This document shows, one piece after another, positions 62,470 through 64,000 of a stretch of 64,000 bases of DNA; position 1 is the stretch's first letter; the number at the start of each line of letters is the position of its first letter. A program made the translations under genes and the position numbers. Under the pieces are notes generated by a model, which worked only from the letters and a program-made list of their open reading frames with translations, had not been told where the DNA came from and did no database searches. Source of the DNA: Gekko japonicus (lineage: Eukaryota); contig NW_015163625.1 of assembly GCF_001447785.1 (NCBI RefSeq), positions 61,311 through 125,310 of the forward strand, given 5' to 3'.

Positions 62470-64000
62470 TGTGGCAGATCTAGATACAATCGTAATGTAA
62501 AGCTTGTCCCCAAGCGTTCTGATATATACTAACTCAGAAAGAAAAGAATGGAGTGGTCAGCTTCTCATGCTGAGCTTAGGTAAAGCTCACAGAAGGAAGG
62601 TGGATGAGGGTGAACCAGTCCCTCCTAAAGTCAGAGGAAGCAACCAAGTACCCTTACATAACACCTGAAAAACCAAATACAGTATCAAAGGTATGGGCTT
62701 TGGAGAAAGTGGAAGTGTTGCCCTATAAGACTCCTATGGCGCTCTTATGAACTCATTAGTGATAAAAACCTGAACTTTGCTAGTTGTATGCAAAAGGGAC
62801 TGAACTGTAAGGTGACTCCAAGTGATGCCAGTTATAGTCACACGCCCAGAAGAAGGAAGCCTTCCTGTGAGATGATGTGCCTATGGTTCCTGTATGTTAC
62901 CAACCCTCTTACCTGCAGTAAGATCGACCAATTCCCTAGCCATGTATAGCACTGAAAAGCCAGGCAGTTGCCATGCCAGGGCAGAAGACAGGGGACTCAA
63001 ATTCCATGAAGAATCCACTTCCTTGCACGTAGGCAACATTCTCTTCTCCCACCTAATACATCACCTAGTCAAAACTACAGCCATAAGACAACCAGGAAAC
63101 AATGGCTCTGGTCACATGAGTCATAATCCCATCAGGTGCCACTGCCCAAACTAGTTTTTCATTAGGTCCAACATTGTCCACCCCATTAGACCTTCAATTC
63201 CAGTGCCAGTCAGCATGTTTTCGGGGACGGACCAGCAGGAAGTGTGCCAAGAGAGGTGGCCAAGCCTAGCGCACCCCTCAAGCTCCTTATAAAAGAGGGC
63301 ACCCAGCACCATCTTACTCTCTTTCATTCCCTCTTTTGACTCCCTCCTACCCTCACCCTAAGCTTCCGACTCCTGGTTGCGCAGCCAGAGTCTCCTTGTG
63401 CCTCTGCCGGTTCAAGACAAGATTCCCCCTCCCAACACCCCATAGCCCCCCTCCTTTTTCTGAGGTTCTGAGTGTGTGTGTTGGTCTGAGGGAAACAGAC
63501 AAGTCACTTGGGAAGTGAAGGGACAGAACTCCTTGCTACCAACACATTTGAGGAAAAATTCAGAAAATAGAACTTAAAAATCTAAGTGTCAGCCCTATCT
63601 GGTTTCCATTTATTCAGTGTGTCCAGAACTGGGGTTTAGGTTTGACAGAAGAGACTGGAAAGGAGGTTGAAAAGTGCCAGTCTAGCCAAACAGGAAAAGG
63701 ATTATCACCCCTAGAAAGAGGAGGCTATTTCTTACCAGTAATTCAGAGGGTTCAACTCAGAAGGGACCCCTGGCTTGTGTGAAAAGGGAAACGATCTTAG
63801 ACTCCTTCGAAGTGTAAAAGGAAAAGTTATAATCCCACAAGGGAATTAAATACAGGGAGAAAGTACTAACTTCCAGAAAACTAAGATAATTTGTGAAACT
63901 TTATTAAAACACACTGTTGCTGAAAGAAATCTCCAAGACAAACAAACCTCTCACAGTTAAGAATGGACTCTAAGAATATAAACTAATGTATACCCTGTTG
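62470..64000 (+). mobile_element. possible LTR-retroelement LTR/leader (unclassified)
   Basis: Begins TGTGGCAG, TATAAAA at 63288-63294 followed by a pyrimidine-rich tract; no PBS or second LTR seen. Confidence 0.3.

Noticed and set aside
57623-64000. RASA1 exon 1 or CpG-island promoter at ~59740-60150
   Set aside because: The CpG-rich patch is the 5' UTR of the TSD-bounded HAL1-like element; there is no Gly/Ala/Pro-rich RASA1 N-terminal coding sequence.

Overview
This is eukaryotic (vertebrate) DNA from a squamate reptile, most likely a gecko. The evidence is a Sauria SINE, Squam3-like SINEs and Penelope hairpins; the species call is inference. The whole window lies inside one minus-strand gene, RASA1 (p120 RasGAP). 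Twenty consecutive coding exons (2-21, numbered by the human orthologue from memory) were traced. All have GT-AG boundaries and compatible phases, giving 2219 nt of uninterrupted frame covering SH2-SH3-SH2-PH-C2 and most of the GAP domain. Exon 1 and exons 22+ lie outside the window. The introns are rich in mobile DNA: four DIRS1-type tyrosine-recombinase retrotransposons (about 17.8 kb, ~28% of the window, one nested in another), hAT-like and Harbinger-like MITEs with TSDs, L1 and L2 fragments, SINEs and Penelope remnants. There are two assembly gaps. No prokaryote-type system (CRISPR etc.) is present. The best leads are: (1) a TSD-bounded, ORF1-only L1 derivative (HAL1-like) inside a four-level insertion nest; (2) a consensus 5' splice site conserved at the 3' terminus of unrelated DIRS families, one copy sitting 95 nt upstream of RASA1 exon 12 in sense orientation; (3) a minimal hammerhead ribozyme motif in Penelope remnants; (4) an apparent TAGAT target preference for one DIRS group; (5) an inverted pair of young L1 3' ends in intron 2. 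None can be claimed novel without database searches.
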